Origin: Nitrosopumilaceae archaeon
Lineage (GTDB): Archaea > Thermoproteota > Nitrososphaeria > Nitrososphaerales > Nitrosopumilaceae
Assembly: GCA_965200155.1 (NCBI GenBank)
Contig: CBDATR010000034.1
Span: 64,001 to 128,000 of the forward strand
Reading direction: 5' to 3'
DNA: 64,000 nucleotides
Both the position numbers and the translations under genes were made by a program. Below are positions 42,321 to 52,449 of the stretch, piece after piece. Below the pieces are notes generated by a model. It had not been told where the DNA came from and ran no database searches. It was given only the letters and a program-made list of their open reading frames with translations. Numbering within the stretch: position 1 is the stretch's first letter; each line of letters opens with the position of its first letter.

Positions 42321-43382
42321 CTATCTAAAGTCCTTTTTGTCCAGGATAAGTTGATCAAGACCGATCAAGTTGTCAATGTATTCACCAAAGTTGCCAATGT
42401 GCAGTGATGTAGTTGTGGGCAATAGTGCCTGTGCACCATAGAGGTCACGAAGTATCTGGTTGTAATCATCATTGTTGAGACCTATCATGGCATCTACAAG
42501 GGCCTGGCGCGTACCACTACTCATCTCGTCACTTACAACAAATACGTGCGATGGAACAGGGCCCAGAACTGCCGCTTTCCGCACCATTCCCTGCTCTTCT
42601 GGTTCCAGATACAGTTGGGGTGCGATGTCTGAACCAAAGGCCACATCCACATTCCCTGCTATCAAAAGTGCCAATGCCTGCGAATAGCCACCAGCAAAGG
42701 TATGCTGCTCAAAAGCATCATTTACTGCCTCGTTCAATGCTATAACGTCATCACCATTTATGGTTACATGACCCTCGCTTACCAGTGTACCAAAGGGTCT
42801 AACAAATCCCGATGATCCAGTCTGGCTGGTGAAAGCCACTTTCTTGCCCAGCGTATCCTCGATGGAATTGATATCCGTGTTGTCGGCTCTTACCCAGACT
42901 GTTGCATCATAACTGATACTGCCATCCCTCTTGACCTCTGCCATGACCACATCGGCTCCTGTTCTGGTATGTGCAATCCATCCGGGTCCTGTATCCATGA
43001 ATGCCGCATCAACGTGCCCGAATCGTAATCCCTCTATAATGGTTTCATAGTTGCTTGGTATGATTACGTCCACCTCTACACCCAGATCCGCCTCCAGGTA
43101 TTCCTGAAGCGCGGCAGCTCCTGCCGCTAGATCATCGGCCTTCTCTACGGGTATGAACCCGATGGTTATTGCGTCCGCATCTACTAGCGGATACTGGATT
43201 ATGTTGGCATTTACAAGATACTCTATGGCTCCGGTGAATTCCTCGTCCGTAGCACTGCCACTTGCCCACTCTCCGGCGATAACCCTTATCCAGTCCGGTA
43301 TTGCGGCTTCAGCGGATTGCATGGCTAGCGGTGCACCCATGAGCGTAATTGCTGCAATTATTGCTAATGTTACTTTAATCAT
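42321..43382 (-). CDS. phnD: Phosphonate/phosphite ABC substrate-binding protein
   Basis: Signal peptide, IPDWIR..W thaumarchaeal N-domain, PhnD-like SQTGSSG. Confidence 0.88.
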   Translation of the reverse strand: MIKVTLAIIAAITLMGAPLAMQSAEAAIPDWIRVIAGEWASGSATDEEFTGAIEYLVNANIIQYPLVDADAITIGFIPVEKADDLAAGAAALQEYLEADLGVEVDVIIPSNYETIIEGLRFGHVDAAFMDTGPGWIAHTRTGADVVMAEVKRDGSISYDATVWVRADNTDINSIEDTLGKKVAFTSQTGSSGFVRPFGTLVSEGHVTINGDDVIALNEAVNDAFEQHTFAGGYSQALALLIAGNVDVAFGSDIAPQLYLEPEEQGMVRKAAVLGPVPSHVFVVSDEMSSGTRQALVDAMIGLNNDDYNQILRDLYGAQALLPTTTSLHIGNFGEYIDNLIGLDQLILDKKDFR

Positions 43383-43470
43383 TAAACACCGCCTGAATAT
43401 AATTTGTATATTAACATAACCACAATTTTAAATTGATAAAATGCAATTAAGTAATAAAAGCAAAAAATAT

Positions 43471-43562
43471 GTATGAGTTCACGTCTTCCGGAATTTTATG
43501 CACAAATCACATTAACTGTCGCGATCAGTTATGCGTAAATTTAGACATAGGTGAACTCACAC
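43471..43562. mobile_element. MITE-1 variant B
   Basis: TIR; TSD AAAAATAT. Confidence 0.95.
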
Positions 43563-43745
43563 AAAAATATTACTTTGTGATGAGCAATTAATTTTTGGAC
43601 ACGTTATACCAAAAATACTGGATATTGTACAAATAGGCTTGTAAAATAACCAAGTTAAATGATCATGCACAAAATCTACACATATGGGTTTGCCTACAAA
43701 TGAGTAACAGCTTAGGTTATACGTGGATAGCCGTTTAAAATACAT

Positions 43746-43846
43746 GTATGAGTTCACCTGTGTCTAAATTTACGCATAACTGATGGAACAGGTTGTTCTA
43801 GTTAATGTGATTTGTGCATAAGATTCCGGAAGACGTGAACTCATAC
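43746..43846. mobile_element. MITE-1 variant A
   Basis: TIR; TSD AAATACAT/AAATGCAT. Confidence 0.92.
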
Positions 43847-43915
43847 AAATGCATCACTAGCATACAATTATTGTCCTTTCTATCATAATACCTCATGTAT
43901 GGATGTCTACGCGAC

Positions 43916-44332
43916 CTATAGCGGCCACCATAAGTCTTTGGGCGACTAATTTGATCAAAATATCACAATTATCACAGGCTTATTTGCGCGCCCCCAGGGG
44001 GTGGTTAATTTGGCATGTTAATATGGTATTATGTACAGCTAAATATGGTACTTTGAAGCAAGATAAAAGTTAAAAACTTGGATCTTATATACTAGTATAA
44101 TGGATCGCGCCCAACAATTACACCAAATTCAGGCAAGCTAGGGATCCGGGCAAATTGCGCGCCGACTGGGTATGCTGATATTATGTATGAGTTCACCTGT
44201 GTCTAAATTTAAGCACAACTGATGGAACAGGTTGTTCTAGTTAATGTGATTTGTGCACAAGATTCCGGAAGACGTGAACTCATACGATATTATTGCTGAA
44301 TATGCAGCTTAATTTTGCGGAAGCCGCCATAA
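43916..44332. mobile_element. MITE-3-like element with nested MITE-1
   Basis: CTATAGCGGCCACCATAAG left end; degenerate right end. Confidence 0.45.
44185..44285. mobile_element. MITE-1 variant A
   Basis: TIR; TSD GATATTAT. Confidence 0.95.
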
Positions 44333-44339
44333 AGTATCA

Positions 44340-44610
44340 GTGTGATACGCACTGTCATAACGTGGTATAACCGGTTACGGCAGGGTGGTAATGATACAGC
44401 GGGAATCAGAGACTGACAAGCCCAGATCAGCTCGCCCCACGAAAATAAAGCGAGAACAGCTGGAGAGGGCCCGTTTATGGGCGCAAAGCCACGTATTCAT
44501 CACCAGGATTACCTCGAAGAGATATCCGGAATAAGACTGAGCGCAAATCAGGCTCAAGCGTTACGCCAAAAAGTGTGGTTGCTCCAACAAAAAGTCATCG
44601 CTCATCAAGG
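44340..44610 (+). pseudogene. IS630-like transposase HTH remnant
   Basis: WYNRLRQG, RSARPTKI, LEEISGIRLS fragments. Confidence 0.45.
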
Positions 44611-44711
44611 GTATGAGTTCACGTCTTCCGGAATCTTGTGCACAAATCACATTAACTAGAACAACCTGTTCCATCAGTTGTGCGTAAATTTAGACACAGG
44701 TGAACTCATAC
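44611..44711. mobile_element. MITE-1 variant A
   Basis: TIR; no TSD. Confidence 0.9.
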
Positions 44712-44839
44712 AAATGCCCTGTGATGTGCAGATTTTAAGCAAGGCAAGCATTGTGTGCATTCGCGCCTTCCCCGGTCTTGTACACAAATCATTTTGACAT
44801 GGGCGAAATCATACGGACAAATAATCGCCGTACATGCGG

Positions 44840-47413
44840 TTATTGCAGTGCCGCCTGTGCCGCGGCTACCGTAGCTATTGGTATTCGATGAGGTGATGCG
44901 CTAACATAATTCAGGTCCAGTCCGTGGCAGAAGCGTACCGAGTCCGGGTCCCCGCCATGCTCGCCGCATATTCCTATCTCCATATCCGGCCTCACCGTTC
45001 TACCGCTGGATGTGCCCATCTTCATTAACTGGCCCACCCCGGATATATCTAGGGTCTGGAAGGGGTTTCGTTCCAGTATGTGTTTTTCCATGTATTCGGG
45101 AAGGAACTTACCTTCCGCATCCTCTCTGCTGAAAGAGTATGTGGCTTGCGTCAAATCATTGGTACCAAAACTAAAGAACTCGGCGGTTCCTGCCAGCTCA
45201 TTCGCGGTGAGGGCTCCTCGCACTACCTCTATCATGGTTCCAAAGTTCACGGTAATGGTGTCATACTGCGACTTTACAGAGTCGTATATGGCCTTGATAT
45301 GGTCCAGCTCCTGTATGCTGCCTACCTGAGGTATCATTATCTGGGGTATGGCCTTTATGCCCCGCCCCTTGAGGATGGATGCCGCCTCGAATACTGCACG
45401 AATCTGGGTTTCATAAATTTGTGGATATGTTATTCCCACCCTGACGCCCCGGTGGCCCATCATGGGGTTTACCTCTGCTAACTCCTTGGCCCTGGTGGCA
45501 ACGGGATCATCATACGGCGGCTGGGGCTCCGGCAGGAATTCGTGTAGTGGCGGATCAAGTAGCCGTATGGTAACGGGGTATCCTTCCATGGCTTCCAGTA
45601 TCTGTACAAAGTCGTCCCGCTGAAGCTTCTGTAGTGATGCCAGAATGGTTTGGCGCTCGTTATCATTTCTGGCCATTATCATATCAACAAACAGACCTAT
45701 GCGGTCCTCCGCGTTGAACATGCGCTCGGTACGGCACAACCCTATGCCTTCGGCGCCATACTGGCGGGCCAGTTTTGCAGCCTGGGGGGTGTCCGCGTTG
45801 GCGCGTATTCCGAGCCTCTTGGATCCTCTGGCCCACTGCAACACGGTCTGAAAGTCGCTGGTTATCTCCGGCTGAATGGTGGGCACAACGCCCTGGAATA
45901 TGTTACCGGTGGCCCCGTCTATGGTTATGTATTCGCCCTCTTTTATGGTGAGGCTTCCGTTGGTGAACTGTTGCGCCTTGTAATCAATGTGAATGCTGGT
46001 GCACCCCACTATGCAGGGTAATCCCTGTCCCCTGGCCACTACCGCAGCATGGGATGTCTTGCCCCCCCGGCTGGTAAGTATGCCCACTGATGCAAAGAAT
46101 GCAGGTACATCCTCCGGCTTGGTCTCCTCCCGTACCAGAATTATATTCTTGCCCTCCTCGCCGTATGCCAGGGCCCGCTTAACGTCAAATACGGCAATTC
46201 CGGATGCGGCTCCGGGTGAGGCTGCTATTCCCTGAGCCAAAAGTGTGTGCTTTTTGGAGGCTTCTGTATTTATGCTGGGATGTAATAGTTGCTCCAGCTG
46301 CGCGGGATGCAGTCGGCGGATTGCCTGATCCCTGTCTATGAGTCCCTCCTTGACCATCTCCACTGATGTTCGTATCATGGACGCCGCGTTCATCTTGGCA
46401 TTGCGTGTCTGGAGCAGGTAGAACTTGCCCCGCTCCAGGGTGAACTCTATATCCTGTGGTTCCTTGTAGTGCTTCTCCAGTATGTCACAGACATTACTCA
46501 GCTGGGTATATGCGGAGGGCAGCTCCTGCTCCATGTTGGATATGGGCTTTGGTGTCCGGGTACCGGCCACTACATCCTCGCCCTGCGCGTTTACAAGATA
46601 GTCGCCAAATATCTGGTTGGATCCATCTCCGGGATTTCTGGTGAATACCACACCGGTGGCCGAGTCATTTCCCATATTTCCAAATACCATGGATACAACA
46701 TTGACGCCCGTACCATCGGCTATGTCCGGGGTTATGTTGTTCTTTTCCCGGTACACTATGGCACGCTCACCCATCCAGCTGTCAAAGACTGACTTTATGG
46801 CCAGCTCCAGCTGGGTATCCGGATCATCGGGAAAGTCCTGGCCTGTGTGTTTTTTGCACACTTCCTTGTACTGCTCTATTATGATATGCAGGGATGCCTC
46901 GTTCAGGTCCCCGTCCAGTGTGACGCCCTGGCGCCTCTTTTGCCCGTCCAGTATCTCATCGAACAGAGTATCGTCTACGCCAAAGACCACCTTGCCGAAG
47001 AGCTGCACGAATCTGCGATACGAGTCCAGGGCAAAGCGCATGTTGCCGCTCTGCGAGGCCAATCCCTGTACGGTATAATCATTTAAGCCCAGATTCAGTA
47101 TTGTATCCATCATGCCGGGCATTGATATGGCGGCGCCGGATCTTACAGAAACCAGTAACGGATTTGTATCAGACTTCCATTCCTTGCCGGTCTTTTGAGC
47201 TATGCGGGTTATCATCTCCAGTACTGAATCCATAATTTGTGGTGGCAGGACGCGACCATTATTGTAATATTCCTTGCATACGGTGGTGGTTATGACAAAA
47301 CCCGGAGGAACAGGCAGGTTCAGGGATGTCATCTCACAAAGCCCGGCACCCTTGCCGCCAAGTATCTTGCGGCTTACACCGTGACCCTCGTCATAAAAAT
47401 AGACCGGCTTCAT
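44840..47413 (-). CDS. ppdK: Pyruvate phosphate dikinase
   Basis: LGGKGA, SVRSGA, TSHAAVVARG, GIGLCRTE, FGTNDL. Confidence 0.97.
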   Translation of the reverse strand: MKPVYFYDEGHGVSRKILGGKGAGLCEMTSLNLPVPPGFVITTTVCKEYYNNGRVLPPQIMDSVLEMITRIAQKTGKEWKSDTNPLLVSVRSGAAISMPGMMDTILNLGLNDYTVQGLASQSGNMRFALDSYRRFVQLFGKVVFGVDDTLFDEILDGQKRRQGVTLDGDLNEASLHIIIEQYKEVCKKHTGQDFPDDPDTQLELAIKSVFDSWMGERAIVYREKNNITPDIADGTGVNVVSMVFGNMGNDSATGVVFTRNPGDGSNQIFGDYLVNAQGEDVVAGTRTPKPISNMEQELPSAYTQLSNVCDILEKHYKEPQDIEFTLERGKFYLLQTRNAKMNAASMIRTSVEMVKEGLIDRDQAIRRLHPAQLEQLLHPSINTEASKKHTLLAQGIAASPGAASGIAVFDVKRALAYGEEGKNIILVREETKPEDVPAFFASVGILTSRGGKTSHAAVVARGQGLPCIVGCTSIHIDYKAQQFTNGSLTIKEGEYITIDGATGNIFQGVVPTIQPEITSDFQTVLQWARGSKRLGIRANADTPQAAKLARQYGAEGIGLCRTERMFNAEDRIGLFVDMIMARNDNERQTILASLQKLQRDDFVQILEAMEGYPVTIRLLDPPLHEFLPEPQPPYDDPVATRAKELAEVNPMMGHRGVRVGITYPQIYETQIRAVFEAASILKGRGIKAIPQIMIPQVGSIQELDHIKAIYDSVKSQYDTITVNFGTMIEVVRGALTANELAGTAEFFSFGTNDLTQATYSFSREDAEGKFLPEYMEKHILERNPFQTLDISGVGQLMKMGTSSGRTVRPDMEIGICGEHGGDPDSVRFCHGLDLNYVSASPHRIPIATVAAAQAALQ

Positions 47414-47465
47414 CAGGAATAGGTCTTTTCATGAGGCTATTTTAAAGCATTGCAACTATCATGGG

Positions 47466-47599
47466 GTAACCGCTCAGGTCACCCCTGGACAACCGCCTAA
47501 AATACACCGCGGGTATGCCCATTCTTTTTCATAATGTCTCAAATATGCCTATGATTTTACCGTCTGGATGTTTATGGTTAACGCGACCTAAACGGTTAC
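47466..47599. mobile_element. MITE-2 subfamily a
   Basis: TIR; reverse complement similar to 24116-24258. Confidence 0.8.
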
Positions 47600-47609
47600 C
47601 ATTCATGAG

Positions 47610-47880
47610 GTAACCGCCCGGCTCACTCTTCCATATATGGCATAGACTGAATCCTGCTATTCTACTAGTATGACAAGGCAGCGCCGGACACGTCAGGACT
47701 GGCGGGAGGTAATTCCATACCGGATTTTGTACCCTGAAAACACGCCACAATTCGGGGCGACCTAAACGGTTGTATGAGTTCACGTCTTCCGGAATCTTAT
47801 GCACAAAAGAACCGGTTCTTTAACTGTCGCGATCAGTTATGCGTAAATTTAGACACAGGTGAAATCATACAAACGGTTAC
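47610..47880. mobile_element. MITE-2 subfamily b with MITE-1 in its right TIR
   Basis: TIR; interior similar to 24956-25231. Confidence 0.8.
47772..47870. mobile_element. MITE-1 variant B with AGAACCGGTTCT replacement
   Basis: TIR; TSD AAACGGTT. Confidence 0.95.
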
Positions 47881-47921
47881 ACTGACAACGGTTTTTAATG
47901 TAGTATGAAAGTAGTGGAATC

Positions 47922-48572
47922 GTGCGTGTGGGCATTATTGTCTTTCCGGGCAGCAACTGCGACAGGGACGTACACAGGGCTCTGGAGAGAGAGGGTGCGG
48001 ACGCCCATTATATCTGGCACGAGGATACCATACCTGATACGGATGCCTTAGTACTGCCCGGCGGGTTCTCTTACGGGGACCGCCTGCGCGCGGGAATTAT
48101 AGCATCCCGGAGTCCTGCAATAAAGTCAGTTAAAGATATGGCTCATAACGGAATGCCCGTACTGGGTATATGCAACGGATTCCAGATACTCACAGAAGCT
48201 GACTTGCTCCCGGGCGCCTTGATACATAATGACAAGACCGGCTTTATGTGCCAATGGACTGATATCATATATGACGGTATGAGAACACCCTTCACGAAAT
48301 ACGTGGAGCCGGGCGGTATCGTGCACATACCTGTAGCCAACGGGCAGGGGCGCTACTATGCTGATCATGCTACCATTCATGACATGGAACAAAGGGGCCA
48401 GATAATATTCCGGTACACCAGCGGCCTGAACGGCTCTATTCATGATATAGCGGGAGTCTGCAACCATGCCGGTAATATTCTGGGCATGATGCCCCATCCG
48501 GAACGAGCCGCGGAGATACACCAAAATGATGCTGCCGCGTCCATATTCAAATCCCTGGTGAATTCAAAATGA
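47922..48572 (+). CDS. purQ: FGAM synthase subunit PurQ
   Basis: FPGSNCD, GICNGFQ, MMPHPER. Confidence 0.96.
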   Translation: MRVGIIVFPGSNCDRDVHRALEREGADAHYIWHEDTIPDTDALVLPGGFSYGDRLRAGIIASRSPAIKSVKDMAHNGMPVLGICNGFQILTEADLLPGALIHNDKTGFMCQWTDIIYDGMRTPFTKYVEPGGIVHIPVANGQGRYYADHATIHDMEQRGQIIFRYTSGLNGSIHDIAGVCNHAGNILGMMPHPERAAEIHQNDAAASIFKSLVNSK

Positions 48573-50692
48573 CACTATTTCCATCTGAGATGTCATACCT
48601 GATAGAGTCACTGGAGCGAAAGCCCACCAAGACGGAGCTGGCAATGGTCTCTGCGCAGTGGTCGGAGCATTGCTCATACAAGTCGTCCCGCATTTATATT
48701 AAACAACTGTACCGGAAAAGTGCATCTTCCCAGGGCGGCCTGGACTCTGGGGTTCTTGACATAGGGGACGGATATGTGGTGACTGCCCACATAGAGAGTC
48801 ACAACCACCCTTCCGCGGTTGAACCTTATGGCGGCGCGGCCACGGGGGTTGGGGGCGTACTGCGGGACATAATATCCGCGGGCACAAGACCCATAGCCGT
48901 ACTGGACGGGTTGCGCTTTGGTGACATATCTGTCGACAGGCACTCTGCATGGAGACTCAAGGAGGCCGTGCGAGGCATATCGGACTATGGCAACTGCATG
49001 GGCATACCCACCGTATCCGGGGAGACCGGCTTTGACTCATGCTACACCGACTATGCGCTTGTGGATGTGGGCGCCATAGGTCTAGGCAAAAAAGATACCA
49101 TTATCCGGAACCGGGCATCCCCCGGCGACAATATATTATTGATTGGGGGGTTGACCGGCCATGATGGCGTCGGCGGCGCCCAGTTCGCGTCCGACTCTTT
49201 GGATTCACATGACAGGGACGCGGTCCAGATACCGGATCCCTTTATAGAAAAGATTACGATGGAGGCAATATTCGAGGCACTCCCCCACATCCACGCCATA
49301 AAGGATTTGGGCGGCGGGGGATTGGCCTGTGCCATATCCGAAACTGCACACTCACATAATGTAGGCATGATGATAAACGCGGATTCCGTACATACACGGG
49401 AGTCCATGGAGACTCATGACATTATGGTATCCGAGTCGCAGGAGAGGATGCTAGTCATAACTGATGATGCAGGTATGGGGGCCGTCAATAAAGCATGTTC
49501 CAAGTTCCGTGTTATGTGCTCGCTCATTGGCACCGTTAACGATTCCGGAGTGATTACCGTTCATGACCGTAATGGTATCCGGGCCAACATGCCTGCATCC
49601 CTGTTGGCTATAGCACCAGTCCTGAAATGGCCTGCATCCGACATTCCCATAACACATGAAAGCCACAATGACATGGGACCACTGAATGATTACACCGATG
49701 TAATATATGAGATGCTTGCCGGCATGCACTGCTCCAGCAGGCATTCCATATATCGGCAATATGACTACGAGGTAGGTGTCCGTACCATGATAGGACCGGG
49801 CCAGGATGCATCATTACTACGAATGGATAACGACATGTATCTGGCGGTATCGATGAGTGGAAACCCCGGCCATTGTTACTCCAATCCATACAAGGGTGCC
49901 ATGGGGTGCTTTGAGGAGGGATACCGGAATGTCACCTGTGTGGGTGCCACGCCCGTGGCCATGCTGGATCATTTACAGTTTGGGAGTCCGGAGGATCCCA
50001 AAATATTCCGCACATTCACAGACAGTGTATCCGGACTGGCCGCATACGGAAAAGGAACAGACATACCCTGCATAGGCGGCAAGGTCAGCTTGTACAACGA
50101 GACTGCTCACGGCCCCATCAAGCCGACACCGGTCATTATGGTACTGGGTATGTCAAAATCAATACCGGCCATATGGGAACCCAAAGAGGGCGACTCATTA
50201 GTAATGATAGGCAGCACCAAACCGGAGCTGGGCGGCTCCATATATTACAGCATGAATAATTACGCTGGTGGTACCTGTCCTGCAGTTGATATAACTGAAT
50301 CAATAAAGAATGGCGATACGGCAAGGCACATGATACACGACTCTGTGGCATCACGTATTCATGACTGCTCCGGCGGGGGGTTGGCAGTAGCGCTTGCCCG
50401 TTTATGCATGGGTGGTGATATAGGCTGTAGCGTGAATCTGGGCGACATGTTACAGGAGTCGTGCCTTACAAATCACATGCTATTCTCGGAGAGTCATTGC
50501 AGGTACCTGGCCGTAATACCGGAGAAACATTCCACACCAGATGTACTGGGGCGATACGGCTTACAAGTCTTGGGCCATTTCGGCGGTGACTCTATAGTAT
50601 TTCATTCAAATGGAATAATAGCAAATGTCATGGTTGATAAGGTGAAGAATATGTGGCATGAATCATTGGAGTGCATGATGCACAATGGTTAG
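48569..50692 (+). CDS. purL: FGAM synthase subunit PurL
   Basis: WSEHCSYKSS, ESHNHPS, SESQERM. Confidence 0.96.
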   Translation: MTLFPSEMSYLIESLERKPTKTELAMVSAQWSEHCSYKSSRIYIKQLYRKSASSQGGLDSGVLDIGDGYVVTAHIESHNHPSAVEPYGGAATGVGGVLRDIISAGTRPIAVLDGLRFGDISVDRHSAWRLKEAVRGISDYGNCMGIPTVSGETGFDSCYTDYALVDVGAIGLGKKDTIIRNRASPGDNILLIGGLTGHDGVGGAQFASDSLDSHDRDAVQIPDPFIEKITMEAIFEALPHIHAIKDLGGGGLACAISETAHSHNVGMMINADSVHTRESMETHDIMVSESQERMLVITDDAGMGAVNKACSKFRVMCSLIGTVNDSGVITVHDRNGIRANMPASLLAIAPVLKWPASDIPITHESHNDMGPLNDYTDVIYEMLAGMHCSSRHSIYRQYDYEVGVRTMIGPGQDASLLRMDNDMYLAVSMSGNPGHCYSNPYKGAMGCFEEGYRNVTCVGATPVAMLDHLQFGSPEDPKIFRTFTDSVSGLAAYGKGTDIPCIGGKVSLYNETAHGPIKPTPVIMVLGMSKSIPAIWEPKEGDSLVMIGSTKPELGGSIYYSMNNYAGGTCPAVDITESIKNGDTARHMIHDSVASRIHDCSGGGLAVALARLCMGGDIGCSVNLGDMLQESCLTNHMLFSESHCRYLAVIPEKHSTPDVLGRYGLQVLGHFGGDSIVFHSNGIIANVMVDKVKNMWHESLECMMHNG

Positions 50693-52085
50693 GGAGAATT
50701 GTGGAGTCGTTGGGGTATTCAGTGATGATAATGCCAATGTCATACCATTAGTTATAGATGCCCTCCGCGCCATGCAGCATCGGGGTCAGGAGGCATGGGG
50801 GCTAGCCATACCCAATCGCGAGCCGCTAAGACGCATGGGACTGGTCTCTGATTCTGCCTCGGACTTTCAGGATATGGCCCGCGATTACCAGTCATCCTGC
50901 GCCATCGGCCATGTAAGATATTCCACAATAGGCAGGAGCAACCTGGAGAACGCGCAACCACTGAGAGTACAAGACCTGTGTGTCGCGCATAATGGTACCA
51001 TTACCGATGTGCACCAGATGAAGAATCTGGTGGGCGGGTGCACCTTTAGTCCCCAGACCACTAGCGATACGCTCATGGGCGCCAAACGCCTTGTGGATTT
51101 AATGGGTGGTGGTGGCAGTATGAGTAAGGCATTACAGATACTAAAGGGCGAGATGATGGGCTCCTACTGTTTCACGTTCATAGCCGATGACGGCTCCGTT
51201 TATGCGGCACGTGATTCTAGGGGCTTTCGGCCCATGGTTCTTGGGTATAGGAATAATGATAGAGTGCATATTGTGGCCTCAGAATCCGCGGCCTTGGGTT
51301 CCATAAGGGCCGATCTGGTGAGAGATGTGCGTCCCGGCGAGCTATTACAAATAAGTAAAAACGGCCTCAAGAGCGAGATGTTCTCAGAGGGTGAGCGCCA
51401 CGCGCACTGCTCCTTTGAGTTTACGTATTTTGCGCATCCGGCTAGCCGCATGGAGGGGGCCAACATATACCTGACGCGCAAAAGAATAGGCAGGAGATTG
51501 GCGCGCAAGTTTCCCATATATGACGCGGATTTGGTAATCCCGGTCCCGGACTCTGCCAGGCCCGCGGCCCTAGGTTATGCTCAGGAGCTCTCCATACCAT
51601 TTGATGAGGGACTGCTAAAAGATAGATACAGCAAGAAGGGCCCCTTGCGCAGTTTCATTGAGCCGCAACAGAGGGACCGCATGGAGATAAACCGCTGGAT
51701 AATACCAATCCAGGAGATTGTAAATAACCGTCATGTAGTAGTCATAGATGATAGTCTGGTCCGGGGCACAAGCTCTCGCGCTATAATAAAGGCCCTGCGG
51801 GACGCGGGCGCCCGCAAGATAAGCATGTTAATCACGTATCCACCAGTCCGATTCCCGTGCTACGCGGGTATTGACTTTCCGTCCCGGGAGGAATTGGCAA
51901 CGTACTCTGATAAGGATTTGAGCGAGACCGAGACTATCGAGATGGTGCGAAAAGATATCGGCGCGGACTTTTTGGGACATAATGACTCAGAGAATCTTGC
52001 GCGCGCAGTAGGGATACCCCATGACTCCATGTGCTTTACCTGTTATACGGGCGATTACAGCACGCTGGGAATAAAGCCACAGTAG
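50685..52085 (+). CDS. purF: Amidophosphoribosyltransferase
   Basis: ENCGV, QHRGQE, DDSLVRGT. Confidence 0.96.
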   Translation: MVRENCGVVGVFSDDNANVIPLVIDALRAMQHRGQEAWGLAIPNREPLRRMGLVSDSASDFQDMARDYQSSCAIGHVRYSTIGRSNLENAQPLRVQDLCVAHNGTITDVHQMKNLVGGCTFSPQTTSDTLMGAKRLVDLMGGGGSMSKALQILKGEMMGSYCFTFIADDGSVYAARDSRGFRPMVLGYRNNDRVHIVASESAALGSIRADLVRDVRPGELLQISKNGLKSEMFSEGERHAHCSFEFTYFAHPASRMEGANIYLTRKRIGRRLARKFPIYDADLVIPVPDSARPAALGYAQELSIPFDEGLLKDRYSKKGPLRSFIEPQQRDRMEINRWIIPIQEIVNNRHVVVIDDSLVRGTSSRAIIKALRDAGARKISMLITYPPVRFPCYAGIDFPSREELATYSDKDLSETETIEMVRKDIGADFLGHNDSENLARAVGIPHDSMCFTCYTGDYSTLGIKPQ

Positions 52086-52150
52086 CCGGTTCACGACACC
52101 CTTGTGGCGTAGATCGTGTTTATCGGCGTCTTGCACGAATGATTATGATT

Positions 52151-52224
52151 CTATGGCAACTAAGTCTCTGAATATACATACAGTTTCCGTCTTGTGTGCA
52201 ACAGACTTGTGTGACCTGCTATAC
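52151..52224. mobile_element. Degenerate MITE-3-like element
   Basis: Interior resembles 30269-30362 (CCGTCTTG..CAGA.TT.TG). Confidence 0.4.
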
Positions 52225-52253
52225 CCGCATTCTGCCGCGGAGAGGCACGCGGG

Positions 52254-52364
52254 ATTGAGGGAAGCATGAAAAATTATGCCCTGGTATGGGACCCACCACG
52301 GGAGTGACCACCGCAGCGGCCGTGCCTATTGAGGGAAGCATGAAAAATTATGCCCTGGTATGGG
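52254..52364. repeat. Repeat-insert-repeat unit (37-37-37 bp)
   Basis: ATTGAGGGAAGCATGAAAAATTATGCCCTGGTATGGG at 52254-52290 and 52328-52364. Confidence 0.9.
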
Positions 52365-52449
52365 TGACTCCCGGTGACTTGTGCCGCCTTTTTGGGAGGC
52401 TCCTGTTTAACGCGACACATTTATCTTAATAACGCGTAATTGTCAGTCT

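Noticed and set aside
40520-43382. phnCDE without C-P lyase genes
   Set aside because: Stand-alone phnCDE is known in marine thaumarchaea.
43471-44711. Clustered MITE-1 copies as a CRISPR array
   Set aside because: Units are ~100 bp with TIRs, 8-bp TSDs, mixed orientation and irregular spacing.
119-51517. Long antisense/overlapping ORFs opposite housekeeping genes
   Set aside because: Shadow ORFs with no recognisable motifs.
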